NCBI GenBank assembly: GCA_046483495.1
Contig: JAWODC010000018.1
Coordinates: forward strand, 1 to 64,000
Reading direction: 5' to 3'
From: Desulfobacterales bacterium
Lineage (GTDB): Bacteria; Desulfobacterota; Desulfobacteria; Desulfobacterales; UBA5616
Length of the DNA stretch: 64,000 nt
Position numbers and translations under genes: made by a program. The notes below the pieces were generated by a model. The model had not been told where the DNA came from. It did no database searches and saw nothing but the letters and a program-made list of their open reading frames with translations. This document shows, in pieces, positions 9,630 to 19,719 of this stretch (positions are counted from its first letter, which is position 1; each line of letters starts with the position of its first letter).

Positions 9630-9712
9630 GGCTTTCGAAAGGCCGACTGTCATCACTTTCAGCCTCAAACCGGTGGCTTTGCATCCGTCTTAAACGGATT
9701 TGCCATTTTCAG
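9630..9712 (-). ncRNA. c-di-GMP-I (GEMM-I) riboswitch-like element, variant
   Basis: Minus strand reads AAAATGGCAAATCCGTTTAAGACGGATGCAAAGCCACCGGTTTGAGG...ATGACAGTCGG, matching the GGCAAA...GCAAAGCC.CCGG...TGACAG layout of GEMM-I. Confidence 0.65.
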
Positions 9713-9915
9713 ATTAACCTATACCTGATGTGACTGTCAATGGATTTTCGGTAGAGAAGCTATATTTTTTTTTCGATTTTTTGAATTGCCTTAGGTGGAA
9801 ATGTAATGTGATGAACCAAGCTTTTAAGGGATAGATTTAATTTAAATTTTTATGCTTCTTCGTGCCGATTAATTGAAAAACATCCCGAAAAACAAATAAG
9901 TTGTAAATATAAACA

Positions 9916-10140
9916 GACTATTTTAAAAAATCATATTTGAGATCGCAACGTCATGTTTTCTGGAAAATGGAGCTGTTTGAGTTTATCCGTAAGGCGGGAT
10001 GTGTTATATTCATTTGTATTCATCGAACCGCGTAGTCGATTTGCCGCCTGATATAATCTAAACTTATGGAGGAGCTTTTTCCAAAGAAAATCCGGGTACT
10101 GCTGCCGTTAACCCCCTGTGATTTTTTATGACACAATCAC
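9916..10140. repeat. Degenerate palindromic MITE-like remnant
   Basis: Imperfect terminal IR (GACTATTTTAAAAAATCA / TGATTTTTTATGACACAATC) and inner IR (TTTTCTGGAAAA..AGCT / AGCTTTTTCCAAAGAAAA). Confidence 0.35.
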
Positions 10141-10220
10141 TCGCTCCTTCATCGCTCTTCGACTCGCCGCTTTGGATTTGGAATGTTTCCGAAAGAATGC
10201 AGGAAAAAGTGCACTGAACC

Positions 10221-10688
10221 ATGAACCCCGGGGAATTCAATATGAGTGATCATACGATATGGAAACCCACCTTCGAGCAGTTGACAGAGTCTCTCAATAT
10301 TTCACCATATCATCGATGGCTAGGCCTGAAAATAGAAACAATAACCGATTCCGGGCTAATCCTATCCATGCCGTGGAGAGATGAAATCATCAGCCTTCCG
10401 AAACCGCAAAAGGTGATTCACGGCGGCATATTGTCTACCCTGATCGACTTGACCGGGCTGTATTGCATTCTTTCTCAGGGAGCCAAGGTCACCGGAACGG
10501 CCTATATGAATGTGGATTTTCTCCGGACGGCAACCGACGGCCCTTTGGTGGCTAAGGGATCAGTTATCAAACTCGGCCGCGTGATCTCAACGGCAGAGGT
10601 TTCCGTTTACGGACCGGACAACAGGCTCCTGGCAGTCGGCCGGGGAGGTTATTTGCAGACGGTACCTGACGTTGAGCTGAGCCGTTAA
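10221..10688 (+). CDS. PaaI-family thioesterase (hot-dog fold)
   Basis: IHGGILSTLID motif; VDFLR...KLGR. Confidence 0.88.
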   Translation: MNPGEFNMSDHTIWKPTFEQLTESLNISPYHRWLGLKIETITDSGLILSMPWRDEIISLPKPQKVIHGGILSTLIDLTGLYCILSQGAKVTGTAYMNVDFLRTATDGPLVAKGSVIKLGRVISTAEVSVYGPDNRLLAVGRGGYLQTVPDVELSR

Positions 10689-10810
10689 TCGATCCGACAC
10701 AAAATCACCCATCGAATAGCTTGGGACTAAAAGTCATCAGCTCATCGCCTTGAGAATTTGTCGCCGCAAAAATTTGAACCCAAATCCATACAGCGAAAGG
10801 AAATCATGCG

Positions 10811-11626
10811 ATGGAAAAAGGATTGAAAGGCAGGCTTAAGCCTGAACAATTCGGATATACCATGCCGGTAACCATGCCGCCGTTCGACCAGCCGCCGTAT
10901 TACTATCGTGGCATTGAAATATTGGGTTTCGCTTATGAAACCGATGACGAGGCGGCTGCGGCCATCGTACCGGAAGGACTGACGCTCGCGAGTTCACCGG
11001 CCGTTGCACAGGTGGTTTTTCCGAATTTTCATTTCAGTACGCTGGGTTCTTACAAGGAAGTGACGTTTGGTCTTAACTGCCTGTGGGAGGGGCAGCCCGT
11101 GACGTACACCTATGGGCTGTTTGTCAACAACGAAATCGGCTTGATCGGAGGCCGGGAGCCCTATGGATTTCCCAAGCTGTTTGCCACTATCGAGTGGTGC
11201 AAAGAAAGAAACCTCATCAGTGCATGGGTCGAACGCCCGACCGGGAAACGCATTTGTACTGGTGTTCTGCGGCCCAGGGACATTTTGGAACCCATGGAAA
11301 GCCTTCCCCTTGTCACCTTGAAGGTGATTCCAAGCCCCGAAGGGAATGCACCTCCGGAGGTGTGCGAGCTGGTTATGGTAAAATCCACGTTGAATCTGAT
11401 CCTCGGCGCCGACGGAAAGGGTGAAGGGTTTTCCGGCCCCGGGAATGTCACTTTTGACTCTCCGTCGGTTATCGATTCTTATTTCCAGTTGCCCGTCCGG
11501 CGTGTCCTTGGGGGTACGTGGGGACGATACAATTCCGTGCTGCCTTACGGAAAGGTTATCAAACGATATGCGCCGGTGAAACCCGCCATCACCGATTATG
11601 AAGGAAATCTCGAGCGCTCCGGGTAG
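10811..11626 (+). CDS. Acetoacetate decarboxylase family protein
   Basis: LGSYKE, GGREPYGFPKLFA (catalytic Lys region), LKVIPS. Confidence 0.85.
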   Translation: MEKGLKGRLKPEQFGYTMPVTMPPFDQPPYYYRGIEILGFAYETDDEAAAAIVPEGLTLASSPAVAQVVFPNFHFSTLGSYKEVTFGLNCLWEGQPVTYTYGLFVNNEIGLIGGREPYGFPKLFATIEWCKERNLISAWVERPTGKRICTGVLRPRDILEPMESLPLVTLKVIPSPEGNAPPEVCELVMVKSTLNLILGADGKGEGFSGPGNVTFDSPSVIDSYFQLPVRRVLGGTWGRYNSVLPYGKVIKRYAPVKPAITDYEGNLERSG

Positions 11627-11748
11627 TTTTTTTCATTAGGAAACGCGAAAAATCAAGAGTTAATCTGAGAAGTTACCGAATGGCAGAGATAGAAATGTGG
11701 CCGATTGGATTGGGATTTAAGGCATCTTAATGCGGATAAAAACGGCTT

Positions 11749-12282
11749 TTACCCGTGCTTTCCATAGTCGATGATACGATTGTTTTCATAAGATTTGAAT
11801 TTTCCGGACCGATACCGTTCCGCCAGGTCCAAATATACCTCGCATGCAATTCGGCTGCTTGAAAGCTCGTTCTCGGTTAACTCACGAATCACCTTTGCCG
11901 GGGACCCATACACCAGGCTCCTTGGCGGCAAGTGCGTATGGTAGGGCACAAAACTGTGCGCCCCGATAATGCAGTGCTCCGAAACGACGACACCGGACAT
12001 TAAGGTGCAATTCATGCCGATCATCGCATGATTGCCGATTTTCGCTCCCCTTATAGCGGTTCCATGACCGATGGTAACCCAGTCGCCTATCTCGATTCCA
12101 AGTCCCAGATCTGAATGAAGGACGCAGCAGTCCTGGATATTGCAATTTTCGCCGATGTCAATGGGCCCCTCATCTCCGCGTATGACGGCATTGAACCATA
12201 CGCTCGAATGTTTGCTTATGGCAACATCGCCGACAATTCTTGCGGTGCTTTCCACGAATACGGTCGGATGAATGTTCATCAT
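11749..12282 (-). CDS. Gamma carbonic anhydrase family protein
   Basis: Hexapeptide repeats; SVWFNAVIRGD, NIQDCCVLH, VTIGHG. Confidence 0.9.
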   Translation of the reverse strand: MMNIHPTVFVESTARIVGDVAISKHSSVWFNAVIRGDEGPIDIGENCNIQDCCVLHSDLGLGIEIGDWVTIGHGTAIRGAKIGNHAMIGMNCTLMSGVVVSEHCIIGAHSFVPYHTHLPPRSLVYGSPAKVIRELTENELSSSRIACEVYLDLAERYRSGKFKSYENNRIIDYGKHG

Positions 12283-12532
12283 CGAGCAGGTCCTCCAGAC
12301 AATTAGGTATTGCCCATCCAGAAATGGCTAATTCGCTCCATTTCGGTGTTGGCCGGTAATACTCAATGTATTTGGTTAAAATTAACCGGCCGCCTTGAAC
12401 GGAATCGAATTTTCTCATTTCTGGATGGGCGCTAGGTAAAAGTTTTTTATCATAATACGCAAGAAAAAAGTGAATCTTCAAGAAAAATGGATATAATTAA
12501 GCCAGAATCTAAATCTTATCGGGTAATTTTAC

Positions 12533-14079
12533 ATGGCATCGCTTCTTTGGCGTTTAGCAAAAACTTCCGAGCAAATACGAAAAACATCGGGTCGGCTCGA
12601 AAAAATCGAAATGCTGGCGAATTGCCTCCGCCGGTTAAGCATCGATGAATTGGATCTGGGAATTGCCTATTTGTCGGGCGTGCTTCCCCAGGGGCGCATC
12701 GGTTTGGGGCCGTCCGCCGTTCGAAATGCCTATCCGAAAAGCGCGGCCGATCAGCCTACGATCACCCTTGTTGAAGTGGATGAGGCATTTGAAAAGATTG
12801 GAAGAACATCAGGACCGGGTTCCAAAACCGAACGGGTGAATGTGCTGCGGGTTCTTCTTGAACAGGCTACTAAAGAGGAACAGGATTTCTTGTCCAGGCT
12901 TTTGGTGGGGGAGATCCGGCAAGGGGCGCTCGAAGGGCTGATGATGGAGGCCATGGGGAATGCAGTGGGCATTTCCGCAGAAAAAATACGAAAAGCGGCG
13001 ATGCTTTCAGGCGATTTGAGTGCGGTTGCCAGGGCGGCATTCGAGGAGGGAACGGCAGGGTTGGAGCGATTTGCGATTCGGCTTTTCAATCCGCTTCAGC
13101 CGATGTTGGCTCAAACCGCCGAAAGCGTCACAGAGACGTTGGATCGTTTGGGCCATGCCGCTTTCGAGTGGAAGCTTGACGGCGTGCGCATCCAGGTGCA
13201 CAAACAGGGGGACCGGGTGGTGACCTTCACTCGGCGGCAAAAGGACGTTACCGATGTGCTTCCCGAAATCGAAGAAGCCGTCCGCAGCCTGCCCGCCGAA
13301 ACGATTGTTTTGGATGGAGAGGTTCTCGCCCTGAAACCGGACGGTACCCCGCATCCGTTTCAGTACACGATGCGGCGATTCGGACGAAAGACCAAAATCG
13401 AAACGATGCGCAGCTCCCATCCTCTGACGCCGTTTTTCTTCGATTGTCTATATTTTGGAAACAGGAGCCTGATCGATCGATCCAATGAGGAGCGATTCAG
13501 CCTGATGCTTCGAGTCGTCCCCTCCGCAATGGTCACACCTCGTATTGTCACATCCGAAGTAAAAGAAGCAGAGGCTTTTTTAAAGGAAGCTTTGCAGCAC
13601 GGCCATGAGGGGCTTGTGGCAAAATCGCCGGACTCGCCCTATCAAGCCGGAAGACGCGGTTATTACTGGTTGAAGATCAAGCATGCCAAAACGCTCGATC
13701 TGGTTGTGCTAGCCGCCGAATGGGGCATGGCCGCCGACGGGGAAGGCTGAGCAATCTGCATCTCGGGGCCGCGGATCCAACCGAAAAAGGGCGCTTCTAC
13801 ATGATCGGCAAGACCTTCAAAGGCATGACGGATCGGATGCTCGAGCGGCAAACCCGGGAACTGCTTGAGCTTGAAGTCTCCCGCGACGATTACACCGTAT
13901 ACGTCCGGCCAAAAATGGTCGTGGAAGTCGCCTTCAACGAAATTCAAGTCAGCCCAAGGTACCCCTCCGGGTTGGCGCTGAGATTTGCCAGGATCAAACG
14001 ATATCGTCCCGATAAAGGACCCGACCAGGCGGATACCATCGATGCGGTTCAGGCCTATGTCAATGCAAAAAACATTTAA
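12533..14079 (+). pseudogene. lig: ATP-dependent DNA ligase (LigB-like), split by a 1-nt deletion at ~13722-13725
   Basis: Motif I EWKLDGVR, LDGEV, EGLVAK, WLKIK in frame 12533-13750. [15 protein letters not shown]...ALRFAR continues in frame 13720-14079. Adding one G to TGGGGC restores EWGHGRR. Confidence 0.85.
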
Positions 14080-14115
14080 AAGACTCAGCCCATGCTGTCC
14101 AGGGGTTTAAGGAAC

Positions 14116-15225
14116 TCATCCGGAATGGGTTAAACCCCCTTTCCTATATTCTTCATATTTACTAATCAGATGTTTCTTTAATTTGCTTTTCATGATCGGA
14201 AGGTCGAATTGTCGGGCATGTTTTCTTATAAAATCCGGATTCCAATTAATTGTCTGTGTTTTTTTTACAGCATCTACAAGCGACGCTTCATTTTGCTCGG
14301 AGAAAAACAAGCCGGTTTTTCCATTGATTACAGTTTCCAAAGCACCACCTTTACCATAGGCTAAGACAGGTTTCCCGGAGGCCATAGCTTCTAAGGGTGT
14401 AATACCGAAATCTTCCTCTCCGGGGAAAATAAATCCTTTGCACCTGGAATAATAATCCGCAAGTTTTTTGTCTGATTGTTTTCCCAATATGTGTACGTTG
14501 GACCGGGAAATCTTTTGCAATTCTTTTTTTTGAGGACCTTCTCCAATGACAACCAGATTTTCTTGTAGATAATTAAACGCCCTCACAGCTAAATGCGCTT
14601 TTTTATAAGGATTAAGTTGACCCACAAATAAATAAAAGTCGTCTGAAGGCTTATTTGTAAATTGACTGAAATCGACCGGAGGATAAACCACATCTGAATT
14701 TCGATTGTAATATTTTTTTATGCGACACTGAACATTTTTTGAATTGGCTATAAAATAATCCACTCGTTGTGAATTGACATAATCCCACTGCCGAAGATAA
14801 TTTGAAAGAAACACCCAAATCGTTTTGATAGGAAAACTTAAAGATCTTCTATACTCATGATACATATTCCATATGTATCTCATGGGACTGTGACAGTAGC
14901 ATATATGGCAGGTTTCCGGTTTTAATAAAACTCCTTTTGCAATTCCGGATTCCGAGCTTACGACCAAATCATATGTTGATAAGTCGAACTGCTCTATTGC
15001 GAAAGGATGTAATGGAATATAGTTCTGATACTTTTTGATTCCATAGGGCAATTTTTGAATGAAAGATGTCGTTATTTTGTGGCTTAAAATATTTTTAGAT
15101 ACAGCCGATGATTTAAGGACCAATGTATAAATATCGGCATCAGGAAAAATATCACAAAGAACTTCGAGAACTTTTTCTCCTCCTCTTGTGTTAATCAACC
15201 AATAATGTATGATTGCGACTTTCAT
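14116..15225 (-). CDS. GT4 glycosyltransferase (mannosyltransferase-like)
   Basis: GGEKVL, CYCHSPMRYIW, EDFGITPLEAMASGKPV. Confidence 0.9.
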   Translation of the reverse strand: MKVAIIHYWLINTRGGEKVLEVLCDIFPDADIYTLVLKSSAVSKNILSHKITTSFIQKLPYGIKKYQNYIPLHPFAIEQFDLSTYDLVVSSESGIAKGVLLKPETCHICYCHSPMRYIWNMYHEYRRSLSFPIKTIWVFLSNYLRQWDYVNSQRVDYFIANSKNVQCRIKKYYNRNSDVVYPPVDFSQFTNKPSDDFYLFVGQLNPYKKAHLAVRAFNYLQENLVVIGEGPQKKELQKISRSNVHILGKQSDKKLADYYSRCKGFIFPGEEDFGITPLEAMASGKPVLAYGKGGALETVINGKTGLFFSEQNEASLVDAVKKTQTINWNPDFIRKHARQFDLPIMKSKLKKHLISKYEEYRKGGLTHSG

Positions 15226-15268
15226 AAAATATTTTCACAGATTTAATGGTAAGGTAAACGCTGTCTTC

Positions 15269-16522
15269 CTATAACAAACATTCCTTTTTTATTGGTCGAC
15301 TTGTTATCAATAAAACAGCAATGCACCAATAGGGGAACATTTGAGCCGGAGTTGTTATTCGATGTTCGGTTATCGATGCAGCGATCGAGGACACCGTTAA
15401 CGTCCATAATAGATATTTATTGTCGCTGCTCAAATCGGAACACCATTTCAAAACGGAAATAAAAAGCGATGAAAAAAGCAAAATGCCAATAATTCCGAGT
15501 TCTGCTGCGATATGCAGGGGTGAGCTGTGAGCATGCAAATCCGAGTGGTTGATATAGCTGGAATTATTCATCGACAAAAGATTTTTCCTGCCGACAAACT
15601 TCCTGGGAATATCATCGAACCTCGTAAATCCGATTCCGATTACCGGACTTGTAAAGAAATCGTTAATTGCCAGAGGGTAATAGAAGAAAATGCGATGTGC
15701 TATGGTGTAAAACCTTCCAATATGGCTAAATTGCGGATAGTCGAAATCATTGGTTTCGGAAAGCGTCAGACATACCGGCTTGCCCATGTCCTTCCAAACT
15801 GAAAATCCGAAGCCCAATAGCCCTATCCATAATAAAAAGGAACAGAAAAAGGCCAATATAAAAGCCTTTTTTGAAAATTTCCAAAGAAATAGGGCAATAA
15901 TGCCGGTGAAAAATCCCAGTTGCGATCCCCTCGAATGCGATAACATTAGAAGAGCTATCGATCCGGCGAATAAGAAGATAAAAACTTTATCTTTTTTTGC
16001 CAAAACAAAAGCACATATGGATACGATCATATAAAAACCACCCATCGCATTATGGGCGGAAAACAAGCGGCCTTTGTAACCTCCTATTATGTAGGCGATT
16101 ATACCAGCAACTGTTGCTGCGATGACAAAAACTTTCAACAGTTTATCGACATCGATGCTATGCCCGATCAGAATTGGAATAAACAGCAATGGCACCATTG
16201 TATAGTAGATGTTGCCATCATACCTCCAGAATTCAAACGTCAGCAGTGAGGATATCGATAAACCGCCGGCCCAGAAGCTTACTTGAGTATAGAATAAAAT
16301 TAATAAATAATATAAAAATAATTTATTGTATTTCACTTTATTATATAAAATCAGAGCATTGAGCCACAAAAGGAAAAATAAGAGCAAGACAAGTACAACT
16401 ATCGGAGATAGGTATAACTTGTTTTCAAATGAAAGCGTAAGGGCAAGCGAAAGCCCTATAGCCATAACGTTTCTCAGGGATAATTTTTTACTATAATTCT
16501 GTTGATCGAAGTTAGGCTGCAT
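15269..16522 (-). CDS. wzy: Wzy / O-antigen ligase family polymerase
   Basis: Multi-TM; SHSRGS, periplasmic loop, GIGF, HAHS...AELGIIG; cluster context. Confidence 0.7.
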   Translation of the reverse strand: MQPNFDQQNYSKKLSLRNVMAIGLSLALTLSFENKLYLSPIVVLVLLLFFLLWLNALILYNKVKYNKLFLYYLLILFYTQVSFWAGGLSISSLLTFEFWRYDGNIYYTMVPLLFIPILIGHSIDVDKLLKVFVIAATVAGIIAYIIGGYKGRLFSAHNAMGGFYMIVSICAFVLAKKDKVFIFLFAGSIALLMLSHSRGSQLGFFTGIIALFLWKFSKKAFILAFFCSFLLWIGLLGFGFSVWKDMGKPVCLTLSETNDFDYPQFSHIGRFYTIAHRIFFYYPLAINDFFTSPVIGIGFTRFDDIPRKFVGRKNLLSMNNSSYINHSDLHAHSSPLHIAAELGIIGILLFSSLFISVLKWCSDLSSDNKYLLWTLTVSSIAASITEHRITTPAQMFPYWCIAVLLITSRPIKKECLL

Positions 16523-16552
16523 GCTTTCCAGGTAAGGCTTGGACTGATAAAT

Positions 16553-16617
16553 TACAAGATACTAGAAATGACTATTTTGGTTCAAGACCAAGGCGAAGCG
16601 GCATAATAAACCGCAGG
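16553..16617 (-). repeat. Half copy of the 47291-47436 palindromic element family
   Basis: Reverse complement CCTGCGGTTTATTATGCCGCTTCGCCTTGGTCTTGAACCAAAATAGTCATTTCTAGTATCTTGTA aligns with 47368-47436. Confidence 0.7.
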
Positions 16618-17898
16618 TTATTTTGCGAAAGCTTGTAAATTTCTAAGCTCCAAAAAATAATTTTTCCAGAACCACACGAATATAATGAATTGGGTGATTA
16701 TTATTCCGAAAACTGAGGCAAGCGGGCCATGAGTGCTGCCGTAGACCATCATAATAGCACCCACCGGGAGTAGTGCTGTTGCATACGCCCGGAAAACCTT
16801 ATTCGGAAGGCTCATGGCGCGGATAGCAGCACGAAATACAGCAGTTATGGACCACAAAACGGGAAGGAAAAAAGCAGCACATGTCAGGGATGTTGCGTAC
16901 TTACCAAAAAAGTCACCGTAAAAGGCAACTAACAAATGGTTGGATAATACAATGACAGGCAATGAAAACAAAAAGGCCAGGCCGAAGCTTAGAAAAACAA
17001 TGATACGGATTTGCCCATGAAAGTGATACACTTTATTGTTTCGCAAAAACGAAGCAAGCCATGGCAATATCCATAAGACTGCACCATTAATCACATGATT
17101 CAATGGAAAAAGAAAATTCAACACGGCTTTTAAACCGGCAACATCTTCATATGACCGGAAGATAGGCATCAAGATGAAATAACCATTATTAACGATCCAG
17201 ATTGCGATAGCGGCGGGAAATCCCCATTTTCCGTACTGAAAGACCGATTTTACAAAAAACCGACCTTCTATAAAGGAAATGCGTGCTGGAAAAACAATAC
17301 ATAAAAGGGAAATCGCAGCAGTGAATGCTCCTAAGGCAATAAACCAGAATGGTGAAAAAGGATAATCGAAGATCGAGTGGGCCAGAAAAATGCTCGTTAT
17401 CAGAGTGAGGCTATATACGGCAGTGATAAGGAAAGAGGATATTACACGATCATGGCGGTAAAGCAACGGACGGGCAACCCAAAACAGGGAACTTAATGTT
17501 AATGCTGTTAGAAATGACGGGGATACGGCTATACGTAAAACATTTAATCGACAAATATAATATAAAAATAGCAGTAAAGCTAGAATTAGAATTGAACCGA
17601 ATATGGAGATCGATAGCAAGATCGTCGCTTGTCCTTTTCGGGTGCCACAATTTCTGAGATCGATTACTGAATAAGATTCCGCCAAAATAGCCGAATGGGT
17701 CATTTGAGCCATAACTAAAATGGCATATGCGGAAGCAAATTCACCCAATGCAACAGCACCAAGGGAACGAGCAACCATAATGGTTAATAAAAAATGGGTA
17801 AAAGCAGTCAATGCCTGGTCCATTGCGCCTATACCGCCTTTTAAAAAAGGTGTTTGAAGTATGGAAGAAAAGGTTTTACTTTGTGTGTTTCGGTTCAA
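16618..17898 (-). CDS. wzx: Wzx-like polysaccharide flippase
   Basis: About 12 TM segments; VARSLGAVALGEFASAY typical of the Wzx N-terminus; context. Confidence 0.75.
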   Translation of the reverse strand: MNRNTQSKTFSSILQTPFLKGGIGAMDQALTAFTHFLLTIMVARSLGAVALGEFASAYAILVMAQMTHSAILAESYSVIDLRNCGTRKGQATILLSISIFGSILILALLLFLYYICRLNVLRIAVSPSFLTALTLSSLFWVARPLLYRHDRVISSFLITAVYSLTLITSIFLAHSIFDYPFSPFWFIALGAFTAAISLLCIVFPARISFIEGRFFVKSVFQYGKWGFPAAIAIWIVNNGYFILMPIFRSYEDVAGLKAVLNFLFPLNHVINGAVLWILPWLASFLRNNKVYHFHGQIRIIVFLSFGLAFLFSLPVIVLSNHLLVAFYGDFFGKYATSLTCAAFFLPVLWSITAVFRAAIRAMSLPNKVFRAYATALLPVGAIMMVYGSTHGPLASVFGIIITQFIIFVWFWKNYFLELRNLQAFAK

Positions 17899-17962
17899 TA
17901 GTAAGTCATCTTAATTAGAATTGGATGGTGGCCCCATTCCCTTTTGACCGATGAATAGGATG

Positions 17963-19198
17963 TCAATTCTGGATCAGGGCCTCTAAAAGGCGGGTGCAGC
18001 TTTTGCCATCACAAAAAGTGTGATATCGTCTCAGTAAATGATCGCTTACACGAAAAGCCTTGGTTTCCCCGCGTAACAGCAGAGCATTCAGATATTCGAT
18101 AATCTCCTCCCAGGTCGAGCACCATTTTTCCCCGGCGAAAACGTCATAAGGTTCGTACAAACCCCGGTCGATCCGGTATTGCTCAAGATCAAATGGGAAT
18201 AGGATTAAAGGCTTACGTAAGAGGGCCCAGTCCATTGCAATGCTTGAGTAATCTGTTATCAAAACATCGAAAGCTGAAAGCCACTCATTAATATGGGGGA
18301 AATTCCCAGGCGGTAGGAAAGATAGGCGATCGCTTGGATTATCGCCTTGATAAAACAGGCTTCCATCCAAGGGATGTGATCTTATAATAAATCTTGCATT
18401 CATCGAAGCTAAGCTCTTCTTCATAATTACCGTTAAAGTAGGTGGTGGTCCGGGTATCCAGTCTTTTCCATCTCTCCAAGTCGGGGCATAGAGTATTAGC
18501 TTCTCAGATTTGGAAAGGGCTGGTGATAACCTCCAATAATCATATAACTTTTCTCTTTTTGTTTCGATATCCGAATTGGATTCTCCTATAAGCCTGTCAC
18601 AGCGTGGATCGCCAATAGGCAAAATACGATCCATTGGCAATCCAAAAGCCGTGTTGTAACGAAGTGCTGTTCGTTCGCAAGCAGTAACTGCTATATGCCA
18701 CTGTCTGTAAGACCATTTTGATATGAAGTATAAGAAGGCGTTTAAAGCACAGAAGGGTACCGGTAATTTATTATGAATTGGGGAATCCAGGTGAATTTTT
18801 TTAAGTGGTGAACCGTGCCATAATTGGACTATACGGGAACCTATTGCCGCCGGACGGTTAACATCCCCTATTCCTGTGGCGATAACCGTTGTTCCGGCTC
18901 GAAATGCAGTGATCAATCCCTTTAAACTGAATATATATTCTGCATTAAAACCGTCATTTCGAACTTTCTTAACAATTTGTTTGTCTTGTGAAAGCCACAC
19001 GCATTTGATTTCGGAACTATGTGCACTGACATATCTCATAAAGTCGCCGGGACCGTCCCCCATTTCCTGATGTTTTTTTCCAAATACCCATGAATTCCGT
19101 TTTCGAGGGATGAGAATGGAAATCGGTAAAACGATCAGCCAGATAGGCAGCATTAAAAGCTTTTTGAAATTATGTATTTCAAATCGATAAGTTGCCAT
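17963..19198 (-). CDS. CDP-glycerol glycerophosphotransferase (TagF/TagB family)
   Basis: QLWHGSPLKKI, GDPRCD, LYAPTWRD, LITDYSSIAMD. Confidence 0.9.
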   Translation of the reverse strand: MATYRFEIHNFKKLLMLPIWLIVLPISILIPRKRNSWVFGKKHQEMGDGPGDFMRYVSAHSSEIKCVWLSQDKQIVKKVRNDGFNAEYIFSLKGLITAFRAGTTVIATGIGDVNRPAAIGSRIVQLWHGSPLKKIHLDSPIHNKLPVPFCALNAFLYFISKWSYRQWHIAVTACERTALRYNTAFGLPMDRILPIGDPRCDRLIGESNSDIETKREKLYDYWRLSPALSKSEKLILYAPTWRDGKDWIPGPPPTLTVIMKKSLASMNARFIIRSHPLDGSLFYQGDNPSDRLSFLPPGNFPHINEWLSAFDVLITDYSSIAMDWALLRKPLILFPFDLEQYRIDRGLYEPYDVFAGEKWCSTWEEIIEYLNALLLRGETKAFRVSDHLLRRYHTFCDGKSCTRLLEALIQN

Positions 19199-19252
19199 TT
19201 GTTCTTTCAGATCATAAAAAACAGCTTAGTCTGTTAGAAAAGGTGGTGTTGT

Positions 19253-19639
19253 TTAAAAACCATTATCTTTTTTGATTTGTGTCGTGCAGATTTCCGGAGT
19301 CCTGGGAAGATAGATAACATTACAATAATCGTTTAAAAAATCGAATTTTCCCTTCCAGTCGTCGCCCATAACGAAGATGTCAATATTATATTTCTGAATA
19401 TTTTCGATTTTCTGTTCCCAGCACGATTCAGGAATCACCAAGTCGACATATCTTATGGATTCAAGCAAAAACTTTCTTTCTTTATAGGTGAAATAGCCTC
19501 TTTTATGTTTAGAGGCATTAAACGAATCTGTTGATAGACCTACAACAAGATAATCCCCAAGATGCTTTGCACGTTGCAGGAGATTGATATGTCCATAGTG
19601 CAGCAGGTCGAATGTTCCATAAGTAATAATTCTTTTCAT
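19253..19639 (-). CDS. tagD: Glycerol-3-phosphate cytidylyltransferase
   Basis: ITYGTFDLLHYGHINLL, MGDDWKGKFDFL, YLPRTPEICTT. Confidence 0.93.
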   Translation of the reverse strand: MKRIITYGTFDLLHYGHINLLQRAKHLGDYLVVGLSTDSFNASKHKRGYFTYKERKFLLESIRYVDLVIPESCWEQKIENIQKYNIDIFVMGDDWKGKFDFLNDYCNVIYLPRTPEICTTQIKKDNGF

Positions 19640-19719
19640 GAGAAATATGTCATTTTTGGAAAAGTCGATAAAAGGCTGTAAAATAATTTATTGAAATAAA
19701 AGGCGCGCCGAAATATTTT

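Noticed and set aside
13748..13750. Selenocysteine or stop readthrough in the ligase
   Set aside because: The continuation is in a different frame; a 1-nt deletion explains it.
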